DNA of 64,000 nucleotides from an uncultured Gaiellaceae bacterium (GCA_963745775.1 CAVUYY010000012.1:13920-77919), one strand, 5' to 3'. Counted from the stretch's first letter, positions 22,066-32,078 are shown. Numbers and translations are program-made. The notes: generated from the sequence alone by a model not told the origin.

Positions 22066-22535
22066 CAGGAGGACCTCCCGTTGTCTGAACGGCGGGGCAT
22101 GTCGGTGTAGACGCGCTCGCCCTTGAAGCGCCGCGCCTCTCGGTCCCAGGGAAAGAAGATCGCGTTCCGCCAGGTCATCGTCTCGCCCGTCGGCTCGTTG
22201 TCGAGCCACTTTGCGCTGTGCGTGCCGGTCACGATTGCCTCCTCGACGACGCCCTGCGGGCCGATCACGATGTTCTGGAGCTCGAAGACGATGTCCGGGA
22301 ACGCGGTCAGGAGCTCGGTGTAGAAGCGCGCGGCGCCCTCGTGCCCGTGCCAGGAGACGTCGTCGGGGTAGACCGTGTAGACGCAGTCCTCCGAGAGCGT
22401 CGCAAGCAGGCCCTCGATCGAGCGGGCGTCCTCGGCCTTCGAATGCGCCTTCCAGAGCTCCCGGATCTCGTCGACCTCGGCCGGATCGACGTCCATCCGC
22501 ATCAGCTCGAGCACTTCCGCCTTCGGTACGGGCAT
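22065..22535 (-). CDS. SnoaL-like / NTF2-fold (ester-cyclase-like) protein
   Basis: 156 aa. AHSKAEDARSIEGLLATLSEDCVY ... GHEGAARFYTELLTAFPD is typical of the SnoaL/NTF2-like family. Confidence 0.7.
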   Translation of the reverse strand: MPVPKAEVLELMRMDVDPAEVDEIRELWKAHSKAEDARSIEGLLATLSEDCVYTVYPDDVSWHGHEGAARFYTELLTAFPDIVFELQNIVIGPQGVVEEAIVTGTHSAKWLDNEPTGETMTWRNAIFFPWDREARRFKGERVYTDMPRRSDNGRSS

Positions 22536-22544
22536 GGGTTCCCT

Positions 22545-23418
22545 TCAGTCGAGGAGGGCTGCGGCGACGACGGCGCGCTGCACGGCGGCGTGGCCGCCGA
22601 ACGCGTCGAGCCACTGCGCGCGCTTGTAGTAGCGGTGCAGCGGGTGCTCCCAGGTGAAGCCGATCCCGCCGTGCACCTGGATCGAGCGCTCGCAGGCCGC
22701 GACGGCGGTCTCGGCACAGAACGACTTCGCCGAGGCGACCGCGACGGCCGCTCCCTCGTCCTCCTCGGCGACGCTGAACGCGGCCCAGTAGGCGAGCGAG
22801 CGCGCGAGCTCGGTCTCGACGTAGGTGTCGGCGAGCGGATGCGAGACGGCCTGGTAGATCCCGATCTTCTTCCCGAACTGCTCCCGGTCGGAGACGTACG
22901 CGATCGCAAGCTCGAGCGCGCGTTGGGCGATCCCGACGGACTCGAGCGCGAGCGCGGCGAGGAGGCGGAGGCGCACCGGCTCCCACTCCCCGTCGACGGT
23001 CTCGCCGTCGGACGGACGTGAGCCGCCCGAGCGGCCGCGTCTCGTCCATCGTCGCGAGCATCTCGCCCTCGGCCGGAACGGACTTCATCTCCTCCGTGAG
23101 CACGCGGTCGACGTGGAGCAGATCGGGCACGAAGCCGTCGACCTCGACCGACCACGCCTGCTCGTCGACCTCGGGCAGCGCGGGGAGGACGACCGCGGTC
23201 GTCAGGAACGGGCCGGAGTAGAGCGCGCGGCCGGCCTCCTCGAAGAGGATCGCCTCGTCGAGGAACGAGAGGCCGCCGCCGCCGCGCTCCTCGGGAACGG
23301 AGACGCCGAGCCAGCCGAGGTCGCGCAGCTCGCCGAGCGGCGCCTCGGGGTTCGCCTCGAGGAAGGCGCGGGCCTCGCGCCGCAGCTCCTCCTGCTCCTG
23401 GGTGAACGCGAAATCCAT
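22545..23418 (-). pseudogene. Acyl-CoA dehydrogenase, small (beta-like) subunit of a FadE pair, one frame change
   Basis: MDFAFTQEQEELRREARAFLE...TMDETRPLGRLT is followed, after a frame switch near 23013-23019, by PSDGETVDGEWEPVRLRLLAALALESVGIAQRAL...IQVHGGIGFTWEH (ORF 22545..22976). The length equals 3n+1. Confidence 0.7.
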
Positions 23419-24548
23419 CAGCGACTCCGGGGGAGGCCGAGGACGCGCTCGGCGATGATGTTGCGCAGGATCTCGGAGGTGCCGGCCTCGATCGTGTTCC
23501 CGCGCGAGCGAAGCTGCTGGTGCTGCCAGTAGCCGTTCTCGCCGACGACCTGCGCCTCCGGCCCGAGCAGCTCGAGCGCGAGCTTCGTCACGCGCTGGTT
23601 CGCCTCCGACCACCAGAGCTTCGCGCCCGATCCTTCAGGCCCGGGGATCCCGGTCTTGATCAGCGTCGTCAGCGAGCGGTAGGTCGTGTAGCGCACGGCC
23701 TGGAGGCCGATCCATTCGCTTGCGATCGCGTCACGCTGTGTCTCGGTCGCCCCGCGCTCCTTGGCGAGCGCGATCAGCTTCCGGATCTGCGCCTCGAGCG
23801 CCGCGGTCAGCGCGAAGCCGAGCGTTCCGCGCTCGTGCAGCAGCGTCGTCATCGCGACCGCCCAGCCGCCGCCGACCTCGCCGAGCACGTTCTCGACCGG
23901 CACCTTGACGTCGGTGAAGAAGATCTCGTTGAACTCCGCCTCGCCGGTGATCTGGCGCAGCGGCCGCACCTCGACGCCGGGCGAGTGCATGTCCACGATC
24001 AGGTAGGTCAGGCCCGCGTGGCTCTGCGAGTCGGGATCGCTCCGCGTGACGAGGATGCACCAGTCGGCGATGTGCGCGAACGACGACCACACCTTCTGGC
24101 CGTTGACGACGAAGTGGTCGCCGTCCTGGCTCGCGCTCGTGCGGACGGCGGCGAGATCGGAGCCGGCGCCCGGCTCGGAGAAGCCCTGGCACCAGATCTC
24201 GTCGGTCGAGAGGATCGCATCGAGGCGCGCCTTCTTCTGCTCCTCGGTTCCGTGGGCGATGATCGTCGGGCCGGCCATTCCGAGCCCGATCACCCCGAGG
24301 TGCGAAGGCGCCTCCGCGCGCGCCATCTCCTCGAGGAAGATCGCCTGGTGGCTGTAGGGAGCGCCGGCGCCGCCGTACTCCTTCGGCCAGGTGAGGCCCG
24401 CGTAGCCGGCGTCGTAGAGCTTGCGGCTCCAGTCGCGCCCGGCCTCCTCGAACCGGCCACGGCGCACCTCGTCGGTCAGGTTCTCGCCGATCCACGCGCG
24501 CAGCTCAGCCCGAAAGGCCGCTTCCTCAGGCGTGTCCCGCAGGTCCAC
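23418..24548 (-). CDS. Acyl-CoA dehydrogenase, large (alpha-like) subunit of a FadE pair
   Basis: 376 aa with WCQGFSEPGAGSDLA, FNEIFFTDVKVP and IEAGTSEILRNIIAE (catalytic Glu region). Confidence 0.9.
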   Translation of the reverse strand: MDLRDTPEEAAFRAELRAWIGENLTDEVRRGRFEEAGRDWSRKLYDAGYAGLTWPKEYGGAGAPYSHQAIFLEEMARAEAPSHLGVIGLGMAGPTIIAHGTEEQKKARLDAILSTDEIWCQGFSEPGAGSDLAAVRTSASQDGDHFVVNGQKVWSSFAHIADWCILVTRSDPDSQSHAGLTYLIVDMHSPGVEVRPLRQITGEAEFNEIFFTDVKVPVENVLGEVGGGWAVAMTTLLHERGTLGFALTAALEAQIRKLIALAKERGATETQRDAIASEWIGLQAVRYTTYRSLTTLIKTGIPGPEGSGAKLWWSEANQRVTKLALELLGPEAQVVGENGYWQHQQLRSRGNTIEAGTSEILRNIIAERVLGLPRSR

Positions 24549-24575
24549 GGGCGTGACTCTAGACGGAACCCGGAC

Positions 24576-25676
24576 TCAGGGCACGACGATCTGGCGGACG
24601 ACTGCGCCCTCGGCAAGCGCGTCGAGTGCTCCGTTCAGGCCCTCGAGCGGGAGCGTGTCTCCCCGCAGCCGTTCGACCGGCAGCCGTCCCGCCTGCCAGA
24701 GCGACACGAGGAGCGGAATGTCGCGCTGCGGGACGGCCGAGCCGAGGTAGGAGCCCTTGAGCGTCCGGCTCTCGGCGACGAGCGAGAGCGCGTTCAGGGT
24801 CAGCTCGCGCGTGGGGTGGGGCAGGCCGATTGCGACGGTCGTGCCGCCTCGGGCGGTCGCGCGGTAGGCGGCCTCGAGTACAGCAGGGTGACCCGCCGCC
24901 TCGAAGGCGTAGCGGACGCGAAGGTCGTCGACCTCGTCGGGATGGAGTGCAGCCGTCGCGCCGAGCTCGAGCGCCAGCTCCCGCTTGAACGAGATCGGGT
25001 CGACCGCGACGATCGGGCCGGCGCCTGCGAGCGCGGCGCCCATGACCGCCGCGAGGCCGACCCCGCCGAGCCCGAAGACGGCGACCGAGTCGCCCGGCCG
25101 CACCTGCGCCGTGTTCAGCACGGCCCCCGCGCCGGTCACGACCGCGCAGCCGAAGAGCGCTGCGAGCTCGAGCGGGACCGACGGATCGATGACGACGGCG
25201 GAGGGTCGCGCCACGACAATGCGCTCGGAGAAGGCGGAGACGCCGAGGTGGTGGTGAACCTCGCGGCCGTCCGAGTCCATGAAACGCCGCCCGCCGCCGA
25301 GCAGACGCCCCTCGCCGTTCGCGGCCGCCGCGGCGGCGCAGAGGATCGGCTCGCCGCCGGCGCACTCGGCGCAGAGTCCGCAGCTCGGAACGAAGGAGAG
25401 GACGACGTGGTCGCCCTCGCGGACGTCGGTGACGCCCGGGCCGACCGCCTCGACGACGCCGGCCGCCTCGTGACCGAGCGCCATCGGCACCGGTCGCGGG
25501 CGCGTTCCGTCCACGACGGAGAGGTCGGAGTGGCAGAGCCCGGCGGCGGAGACGCGAATCAGCAGCTCGCCGTTCCCGGCCGGCGCCAGCTCGAGCTCCT
25601 CGACGCTCAGCGGGCGGCTCTGCTCGTAGGGCCGCTCGGCGCCGAGGTCGCGCAGAACCGCCGAGCGCGTGATCAC
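24576..25676 (-). CDS. Zinc-dependent alcohol dehydrogenase (class III / NDMA-dependent type)
   Basis: GLCHSDLSVVDG, ALGHEAAGVVEAVG, the structural-zinc cysteines CGLCAECAGG..ILC, and GLGGVGLAAV. The GTG start overlaps the upstream stop (GTGA). Confidence 0.85.
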   Translation of the reverse strand: MITRSAVLRDLGAERPYEQSRPLSVEELELAPAGNGELLIRVSAAGLCHSDLSVVDGTRPRPVPMALGHEAAGVVEAVGPGVTDVREGDHVVLSFVPSCGLCAECAGGEPILCAAAAAANGEGRLLGGGRRFMDSDGREVHHHLGVSAFSERIVVARPSAVVIDPSVPLELAALFGCAVVTGAGAVLNTAQVRPGDSVAVFGLGGVGLAAVMGAALAGAGPIVAVDPISFKRELALELGATAALHPDEVDDLRVRYAFEAAGHPAVLEAAYRATARGGTTVAIGLPHPTRELTLNALSLVAESRTLKGSYLGSAVPQRDIPLLVSLWQAGRLPVERLRGDTLPLEGLNGALDALAEGAVVRQIVVP

Positions 25677-26434
25677 GAGAGGAACTCGGCGACGGTGCGG
25701 TTGAACCTCTCCGGAGATTCGAGGAAGAGGAGATGGCCGCCGCCGGCGAACCGCTCGAAGCGCGCGCCCGGGATCCGTCGCGCGAGCTCGACGCCGTTCT
25801 CGTACGGGACGATCCGGTCGGCGTCGCCGTGGACGACCAGCGTCGGCGCCTCGATCTGCTCGACCGGCGAGACCTGCTCGACGAAGCGCCAGCAGGCGTC
25901 GTACTGGGCGCGCCAGTACTCGGGCGGCGTCGGGTGCTCGAGCCGGTCGGCGAGGAGCTGCTCGAACTCGTCCGGATGCTCGTCCGTCCAGCCGGGCGCG
26001 AAGGAGAGCGGCATCGAGGCGCGGGCGAACTCGGGCGGCGGTCGGTCGGCATGCGCCTCCCAGGTCTCGATCGTCTCGTCCGGGGTGGGCAGATGGCTCG
26101 GGCCGCCGGTTGCCGTGCAGACGAGCACAAGCTTTTCGACGAGCTGCGGATGTCGGAGCGCGAGCGTCTGGGCGATGTAGCCGCCCATCGAGAAGCCGGC
26201 GATGTGCGTCCGACGGCCTTCGAGTGCCTCGGCGGCGTCGTCGGCCAGCTCCTCGATCGAGTACGGCCCCGGTGGCTTCGGCGAGCGGCCGGCGCCCCGG
26301 TTGTCGACCGCGATCACGCGGAAGCTCCGCGACCACTCCGGGATCTGGCGCTGCCACGACCAGATCGCGTACCCGAGCCCCGCAATGAGGAGCAGCGGCG
26401 GGCCGTCGCCGTGCTCCTCCCGATAGAGCTTCAC
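25673..26434 (-). CDS. Alpha/beta-fold hydrolase
   Basis: 253 aa with the GFSMGG nucleophile elbow, HGDADRIVP and GGGHLLFLE. Confidence 0.85.
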   Translation of the reverse strand: MKLYREEHGDGPPLLLIAGLGYAIWSWQRQIPEWSRSFRVIAVDNRGAGRSPKPPGPYSIEELADDAAEALEGRRTHIAGFSMGGYIAQTLALRHPQLVEKLVLVCTATGGPSHLPTPDETIETWEAHADRPPPEFARASMPLSFAPGWTDEHPDEFEQLLADRLEHPTPPEYWRAQYDACWRFVEQVSPVEQIEAPTLVVHGDADRIVPYENGVELARRIPGARFERFAGGGHLLFLESPERFNRTVAEFLS

Positions 26435-27579
26435 GTGACCGCGCTCGGGTCGAGATCACGGATCGAGTGACCGCCCGTGAGCGCGAGCGCGATGTCGACC
26501 TCCGCCGCAAGCTGCCGGATCACGGCCTCGACGCCCGCTGCTCCGCCGACCGCGAGCCCGTAGGCGTAGGGACGGCCGAGCAGGACGGCGTCGGCGCCCA
26601 GCGCGACGGCCTTCAGGACGTCCGAGCCGGTGCGGATGCCGCTGTCCATCAGGACCGTGGCGTCGGCGCCCACCGCGTCGCGCACCTCGACCAGCGCATC
26701 GAGGGCAGCGACGGCGCCGTCCACCTGCCGGCCGCCGTGGTTCGAGACGACGATCCCGTCGACTCCGTGCTCGAGCGCGATTCGCGCGTCCTCCGCGGTC
26801 AGCACGCCCTTGACGAGGATCGGCAGCTCGGTTCGTTCGCGCAGCCAGGCGAGATCGGCCCAGGTCAGGCCGAGGTTCGAGAAGACGGAGAGCGCACGCA
26901 CCGAGGCCGTGAGAACGTCGTCCTCCGGCGGCTCGTCGAGCCAGCCGCGGAAGACCGGATCGCTGAAGAACTGCGCCAGCCCCTCGCCCTGAAGGAAGGG
27001 CAGGTAGCCGTTCCCGAGGTCGCGCGGCCGCCAACCGAGCATGAGCGTGTCGAGGGTGACGACGATTGCGCCGTACCCGGCCGCGCCGGCCCGATCGACG
27101 ATGCTGCCGACGAGCTCGCGATCGTCGAACCAGTAGAGCTGGTACCAGCGCGGCGAGTCGCCGAGCTCGGCGGCGACGTCCTCCAGCGAGCTCGACGCGG
27201 CGCTCGAGAGCACCATCGGCACGCCCGTCGAGCGGGATGCGCGAGCAACTCCGAGCTCGGCGTCCGGGTGCGCGATCGAGAGGACGCCGATCGGCGCGAG
27301 CAGGAACGGCACCGGCGAGCGGAGGCCGAGCACCTCGACGGAGAGATTGCGCTCGACGTTGCCGGCGAGCATCCGAGGTCGCAGGCGACGACGCTCGAAC
27401 GCCTCCAGGTTCGCGCGCATCGTCGCCTCCGAGCCCGCACCGCCCGCGATGTAGCCGAACGGCCCCGGCTCGAGCGTCTCCCGCGCACGCTCCTCCCAGT
27501 CCGCCGCCGTGATCGGCCACTCGGCGCCGCCTGCGAGGTAGATCGAGTTCTGGACCTGAGCTCCGGAGTCGAGCGGCAC
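26431..27579 (-). CDS. FMN-dependent alpha-hydroxy-acid oxidase/dehydrogenase (lactate 2-monooxygenase-like)
   Basis: ILVKGVLTAEDA, VSNHGGRQVDG and DSGIRTGSDVLKAVALGA are FMN-dependent dehydrogenase signatures. The GTG start was chosen at Val of VPLDSGAQ. Confidence 0.85.
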   Translation of the reverse strand: MPLDSGAQVQNSIYLAGGAEWPITAADWEERARETLEPGPFGYIAGGAGSEATMRANLEAFERRRLRPRMLAGNVERNLSVEVLGLRSPVPFLLAPIGVLSIAHPDAELGVARASRSTGVPMVLSSAASSSLEDVAAELGDSPRWYQLYWFDDRELVGSIVDRAGAAGYGAIVVTLDTLMLGWRPRDLGNGYLPFLQGEGLAQFFSDPVFRGWLDEPPEDDVLTASVRALSVFSNLGLTWADLAWLRERTELPILVKGVLTAEDARIALEHGVDGIVVSNHGGRQVDGAVAALDALVEVRDAVGADATVLMDSGIRTGSDVLKAVALGADAVLLGRPYAYGLAVGGAAGVEAVIRQLAAEVDIALALTGGHSIRDLDPSAVT

Positions 27580-27597
27580 TGTGAAAGACTCTACGCC

Positions 27598-28803
27598 GTG
27601 ACCGAGCTCGCGATCGAACCGCAGGTCAAGGAGCGCCGCGCCCAGGTGCGCGCGTTCATGGAGGAGCACGTCTACCCGAACGAAGCCGCGCTCGACCGCG
27701 AGGACGACGCGGCCGACGAGCTGATCGCCGACCTGCGTGAGCGGGCAAAGGAAGCGGGAATCTGGGCGCCGCACCTCCCGCGCGATGCTGGCGGAACCGG
27801 CTCAGGCTTCATCGAGTACGCGCTCCTGAACGAGGAGATCGGGCGGAGCATGTGGGCGCAGCTCGTCTTCAACTGCCAGGCGCCCGACGCCGGGAACGGC
27901 GAGATCCTCCACCTCTTCGGCACCGACGAGCAGAAGGAGCAGTTCCTGCGGCCGCTCGTGGAGGGGACAGCGCGCTCGTTCTTCTCGATGACCGAGCCCG
28001 ACGTCTCGGGCGCCGATCCGACCGGGCTCCAGACGCGTGCGGTCGCCGACGGCGACGAGTGGGTGATCGACGGGCACAAGTGGTTCTCGTCGTCGGCGCA
28101 GGGCGCGACGTTCGGGATCGTGATGGCTGTCACCGATCCGGACGCGCCGCCGCACCGGCGGATGAGCCAGATCCTCGTCCCGGCCGACACGCCGGGGGTC
28201 GAGATCGTCCGGCCGATTCCGGTGATGGGCCACGAGGGCCGGGGCTGGTCGACGCACTGCGAGGTGCGCTACACGGGAGTGCGGGTGCCGCTCGGGAACG
28301 TCCTCGGCGAGCCCGGCGACGGCTTCCGGATCGCGCAGAAGCGGCTCGGGCCGGGACGGATCCACCACGTCATGCGCTGGCTCGGCCAGATGGAGCGCGC
28401 CTTCGAGCTGATGTGCTCGTACGCGCTCGAGCGCGAGATCGGCGGCGCGCCGCTCGCCGAGAAGCAGACCGTCCAGAACTGGATCGCCGACTCGGCCGCC
28501 GAGATCCAGGCCTGCCGGCTGATGACGCTCGACGCAGCGCGCAAGCTCGACGAGGGCGACGAGGCGCGCATCGAGGTCTCGCTGATCAAGTTCTTCGCGG
28601 CGCGCGTCCTCCACGACGTGATCGACCGCGCGATCCAGACCCACGGCGGTCGCGGCCTCACCGACCTCAGCCCGCTCGGCCAGATGTACATCCACGCCCG
28701 CGGCGCCCGGATCTACGACGGCCCGGACGAGGTGCACCGGATGGTCGTCGCGCGCAGGATCCTGAAGACGTTCGCCGCCGGCGGCATCTACACGTTCGAC
28801 TGA
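27598..28803 (+). CDS. Acyl-CoA dehydrogenase
   Basis: 401 aa from the GTG, with FSMTEPDVSGADP, WFSSSAQGA and IYDGPDEVH. It is divergent from the FMN-enzyme gene, with only ~18 nt between the chosen starts. Confidence 0.85.
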   Translation: MTELAIEPQVKERRAQVRAFMEEHVYPNEAALDREDDAADELIADLRERAKEAGIWAPHLPRDAGGTGSGFIEYALLNEEIGRSMWAQLVFNCQAPDAGNGEILHLFGTDEQKEQFLRPLVEGTARSFFSMTEPDVSGADPTGLQTRAVADGDEWVIDGHKWFSSSAQGATFGIVMAVTDPDAPPHRRMSQILVPADTPGVEIVRPIPVMGHEGRGWSTHCEVRYTGVRVPLGNVLGEPGDGFRIAQKRLGPGRIHHVMRWLGQMERAFELMCSYALEREIGGAPLAEKQTVQNWIADSAAEIQACRLMTLDAARKLDEGDEARIEVSLIKFFAARVLHDVIDRAIQTHGGRGLTDLSPLGQMYIHARGARIYDGPDEVHRMVVARRILKTFAAGGIYTFD

Positions 28804-28859
28804 CGGTCGCCGGCACAGCAGCCTGCGTCACGGCCTGTCCTGAGGCGTAGGGTCGCCCT

Positions 28860-31800
28860 ATGACCTGCGGTTCTTGCGGGCGGGAGAACGGCGCCGACGC
28901 TCAGTTTTGCGCCGCGTGTGGCGCGCCGCTCGTCGGCCGGCCAGGCGCGACCGAGACGCGGAAGATGGTCACGGTCGTCTTCACGGACGTCGCCGACTCG
29001 ACGGCGCTCGGCGAGCGGCTTGATCCCGAGTCGCTGCGGCGGGTGATGTGGCGCTACTTCGACACGATGCAGGCGACGCTGGAACGGCACGGCGGCACGG
29101 TCGAGAAGTTCATCGGCGACGCGATCGTGACCGTGTTCGGCGTACCTGCCGTGCACGAGGACGACGCGCTCCGCGCCGTGCGGGCAGCGCTCGAGATGCG
29201 GGAGGCGCTGGAGAGCGTCAACGAGAGCCTCTCGCGCGAGTACGGGGTTCGCATCGGAGCGCGCACGGGCGTGAACACGGGCGAGGTGATCGTCGGGAAC
29301 GCAGTCGCGGATCAGAAGCTCGCGACCGGCGACGCGGTCAACGTCGCGGCGCGACTCGAGCAAGCTGCCGAGGCGGGTGCGATTCTCATTGGCGAGACCA
29401 CCTACGGCCTCGTCCGGGATGCCGTCGTCGTCGAGCCGGCAGCGGACGTGCTCGCGAAGGGTAAGAGCCGGCCGCTTCCCGCCTGGAGGCTGCTCGGCCT
29501 GCGGCCGGACGTGCCCGCCTTCACGCGTCCGATCGCCACTCCCTTCATCGGTCGGCGCCGCGAGCTCGACGGGGTCCGCGAGGCCTTCGAGACTGCGGCA
29601 CGCGAGTCTTCGTGCCGGCTAGCCACGATCGTCGGGCCGCCGGGAATCGGGAAGTCCCGGCTCGCGCGGGAGCTCATCGGCTCGTTCGAGCAGGAGGCGC
29701 GTGTCGTCGTCGGGCGCTGCATCGCGTACGGCGACGGGATCACCTATCTCCCGCTCACGGAGGTCGTCCGCGAGATCGGCGGCGTCGACCCCGCGTCGAA
29801 GCTCGAGAAACTCCTCATGAATGTCGAACGAGGCGCGGTCGCGACCCGGCTGATCCTGGGTGCGATCGGCGCGAACGACGAGCCTGGCTCGCCGGAGGAG
29901 ACCGCGTGGGCGTTCCGGCGGCTCTTCGAGACGCTGGCGCTCTCGCGACCCCTCGTCGTCGTGGTAGACGACATTCACTGGGCCGAGCCGGCGCTGCTCG
30001 ACCTGCTCGAGTACGTGCTCGGTTTCTCGAGCGGCGCCCCGATCCTGCTCCTCTGTCTCGCGCGCCCCGACCTCTTCGACACCCGGCCCTCCTGGGCCGC
30101 GCCCAGGCCACAGACGAGCCTCGTCTCACTCGCTCCCCTGAGCGCCGACGAGTCCAACGATCTGGTCGAGGGGCTGCTGACCGCTGGAGCGGCCGCTCCG
30201 GCGGTCCGCGACCGCATCGTCGACGCGGCCGAAGGCAACCCGCTGTTCGTCGAGCAGATGCTCGCCATGCTCGCCGACGATCCCGACGTCGCAGACGACG
30301 CTTTGCCGGCGACGATTCATGCGCTCCTCGCCGCCCGAATCGAGCGCCTCGAGCCGGGTGAACGGACGGTGCTCCAGCACGCTTCGGTCGAAGGTCGACT
30401 GTTCCACCGCCGCGCCGTCGCGGAGCTCCTTCCGCCGCCCGCTCAGATGGGCTGGGCCGACGGACTGGGCGGGATCCTCCTCGCCCTGACGCGGAAGGAG
30501 CTGCTGCGACCTGACCGCTCGCTCTACGAGGGCGACGATGGCTTCCGCTTCAACCACGTCCTGATCCGAGACGTCGCCTACGCATCCATGCCCAAGGGGC
30601 TCCGAGCCGACCTCCACACACGGCTCGCTTCCTGGCTCGAAGCGCAGCCCGGCGCCCAACTCGGCGGTCAGGAGGAGATCGTCGGCTACCACCTCGAACA
30701 GGCGTACCTCGCGCGAGCGGAGCTCGCCCGGCTGGACACCGACGCTCACGTGATCGGCCTGCGAGGAGGTCGCCTGCTCGGACGCGCGGGACGACGCGCA
30801 CTCGATCGCGACGAGTTTGCGGCGGCCGCATCGCTCCTCGGTCGTGCGTGCGCGCTCTTCGGCGTCGAGCTCTCCGAACGTACGGCCCTGCTCCCCGAGC
30901 TCGGCCGAGCGCTTCGCGGCATCGGAGCGCTCGAGGCCGCCGACGAAACGCTGGCCGAGGCGATCGAGAACGCCAGGCTCCATCACGACGAGCCGACCGA
31001 GCTCCGGGCCGAGCTGGAGCGCGCCCACGTCACCTTCATGCGCGATCCTCCCGATCCTGACGCACTGCGCGAGATCGCTCGGCGGGCGATCGACGTCTTC
31101 GAGCCGATCGGGAGCGATGCCGACCTTGCGGACGCCTGGCAGCTCATGGGTATTGCCGACCTCGCGGCGCGCGATCGAGACGCGCAGCTCCGGGCGTGCC
31201 TGAAGGCTCGCGAGCATGCACTCGCCTCCGGCGACATGCGGCGCCAGATCGAGGCCTGGAACGAGGTTGGGGGCGCGATGCTCTTCGGGCGGACACCCGT
31301 CGACGAGGTGCTCGCCTTCCTCGACGAGGAGCTCGCCTGGGCGCACGAGCGAGGACTCGCCGCGGTCGAGGCGGACGCGCTCCTCGGGGGCCCGTACCTG
31401 TACGCGCGGCTCGGCCGGTTCGACGAGGCGCGCGACCGCCTCGAACGCTCGAAGGCGATCTGCCGTGAGCTCGGGATTGCGTACGGGCTTGCGGAAGCGC
31501 ACATGGCAGGAGCCGAACTCGAGCTACTCGCCGGGGACGCCGTCGCAGCCGAGCGCGAGCTACGCGACGCGATCCGTGTCGCGACGGAGATGGGCGCGTT
31601 GCGGTACGTCGCCCTCTACCGCACCCGCATCGCCAATGCGCTACTCGAACAAGGTCGGGACGACGATGCTCTCGCCGAACTGGAGCAGGCAGAGCACATC
31701 CAAGGAGACACGCCGTCCTGGAAGGCCGCCCATGCACGCGTACTCGCGCGCCGCGGGAGCACGAAGCAGGCGGTCGCGCTCGCCCGCGAAGCAACAGCCT

Positions 31801-32015
31801 CGCTCGACCACGACGGCAACATCACAGCGCACGCAGAGACCCTCGTCTTCCTTGCCGAGGTGCTTCGCGCGGACGGCGACAACACCGGCGCTGCCGCCGC
31901 GCTTGCCGAGGCCGTCGTCCTCCACGAACAGAAGGGAAACCTGCTTCCCGCCGAGCAATGCCGCCGGCTTCTGGCGGCGGTCGGAGCGGAAGGGTCGATA
32001 GCAGCGCCCAACTGA
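28860..32015 (+). CDS. Zinc-ribbon / class III adenylate cyclase / NB-ARC-like P-loop ATPase / TPR (STAND-type) protein
   Basis: CGSCGRENGADAQFCAACG (zinc ribbon), VTVVFTDVADST...GDAIVTVFG (cyclase), GPPGIGKSRLAREL and VVVVDDIHWAE (Walker A/B). A ~500-aa helical-repeat C-terminus follows. No LuxR HTH is seen at the end. Confidence 0.85.
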   Translation: MTCGSCGRENGADAQFCAACGAPLVGRPGATETRKMVTVVFTDVADSTALGERLDPESLRRVMWRYFDTMQATLERHGGTVEKFIGDAIVTVFGVPAVHEDDALRAVRAALEMREALESVNESLSREYGVRIGARTGVNTGEVIVGNAVADQKLATGDAVNVAARLEQAAEAGAILIGETTYGLVRDAVVVEPAADVLAKGKSRPLPAWRLLGLRPDVPAFTRPIATPFIGRRRELDGVREAFETAARESSCRLATIVGPPGIGKSRLARELIGSFEQEARVVVGRCIAYGDGITYLPLTEVVREIGGVDPASKLEKLLMNVERGAVATRLILGAIGANDEPGSPEETAWAFRRLFETLALSRPLVVVVDDIHWAEPALLDLLEYVLGFSSGAPILLLCLARPDLFDTRPSWAAPRPQTSLVSLAPLSADESNDLVEGLLTAGAAAPAVRDRIVDAAEGNPLFVEQMLAMLADDPDVADDALPATIHALLAARIERLEPGERTVLQHASVEGRLFHRRAVAELLPPPAQMGWADGLGGILLALTRKELLRPDRSLYEGDDGFRFNHVLIRDVAYASMPKGLRADLHTRLASWLEAQPGAQLGGQEEIVGYHLEQAYLARAELARLDTDAHVIGLRGGRLLGRAGRRALDRDEFAAAASLLGRACALFGVELSERTALLPELGRALRGIGALEAADETLAEAIENARLHHDEPTELRAELERAHVTFMRDPPDPDALREIARRAIDVFEPIGSDADLADAWQLMGIADLAARDRDAQLRACLKAREHALASGDMRRQIEAWNEVGGAMLFGRTPVDEVLAFLDEELAWAHERGLAAVEADALLGGPYLYARLGRFDEARDRLERSKAICRELGIAYGLAEAHMAGAELELLAGDAVAAERELRDAIRVATEMGALRYVALYRTRIANALLEQGRDDDALAELEQAEHIQGDTPSWKAAHARVLARRGSTKQAVALAREATASLDHDGNITAHAETLVFLAEVLRADGDNTGAAAALAEAVVLHEQKGNLLPAEQCRRLLAAVGAEGSIAAPN

Positions 32016-32078
32016 CGGGAGAGGGGAGCAGCAAGCTCGACATCCCACCGCCGCAGCGCTCGCCGAAACGACGCGGAG

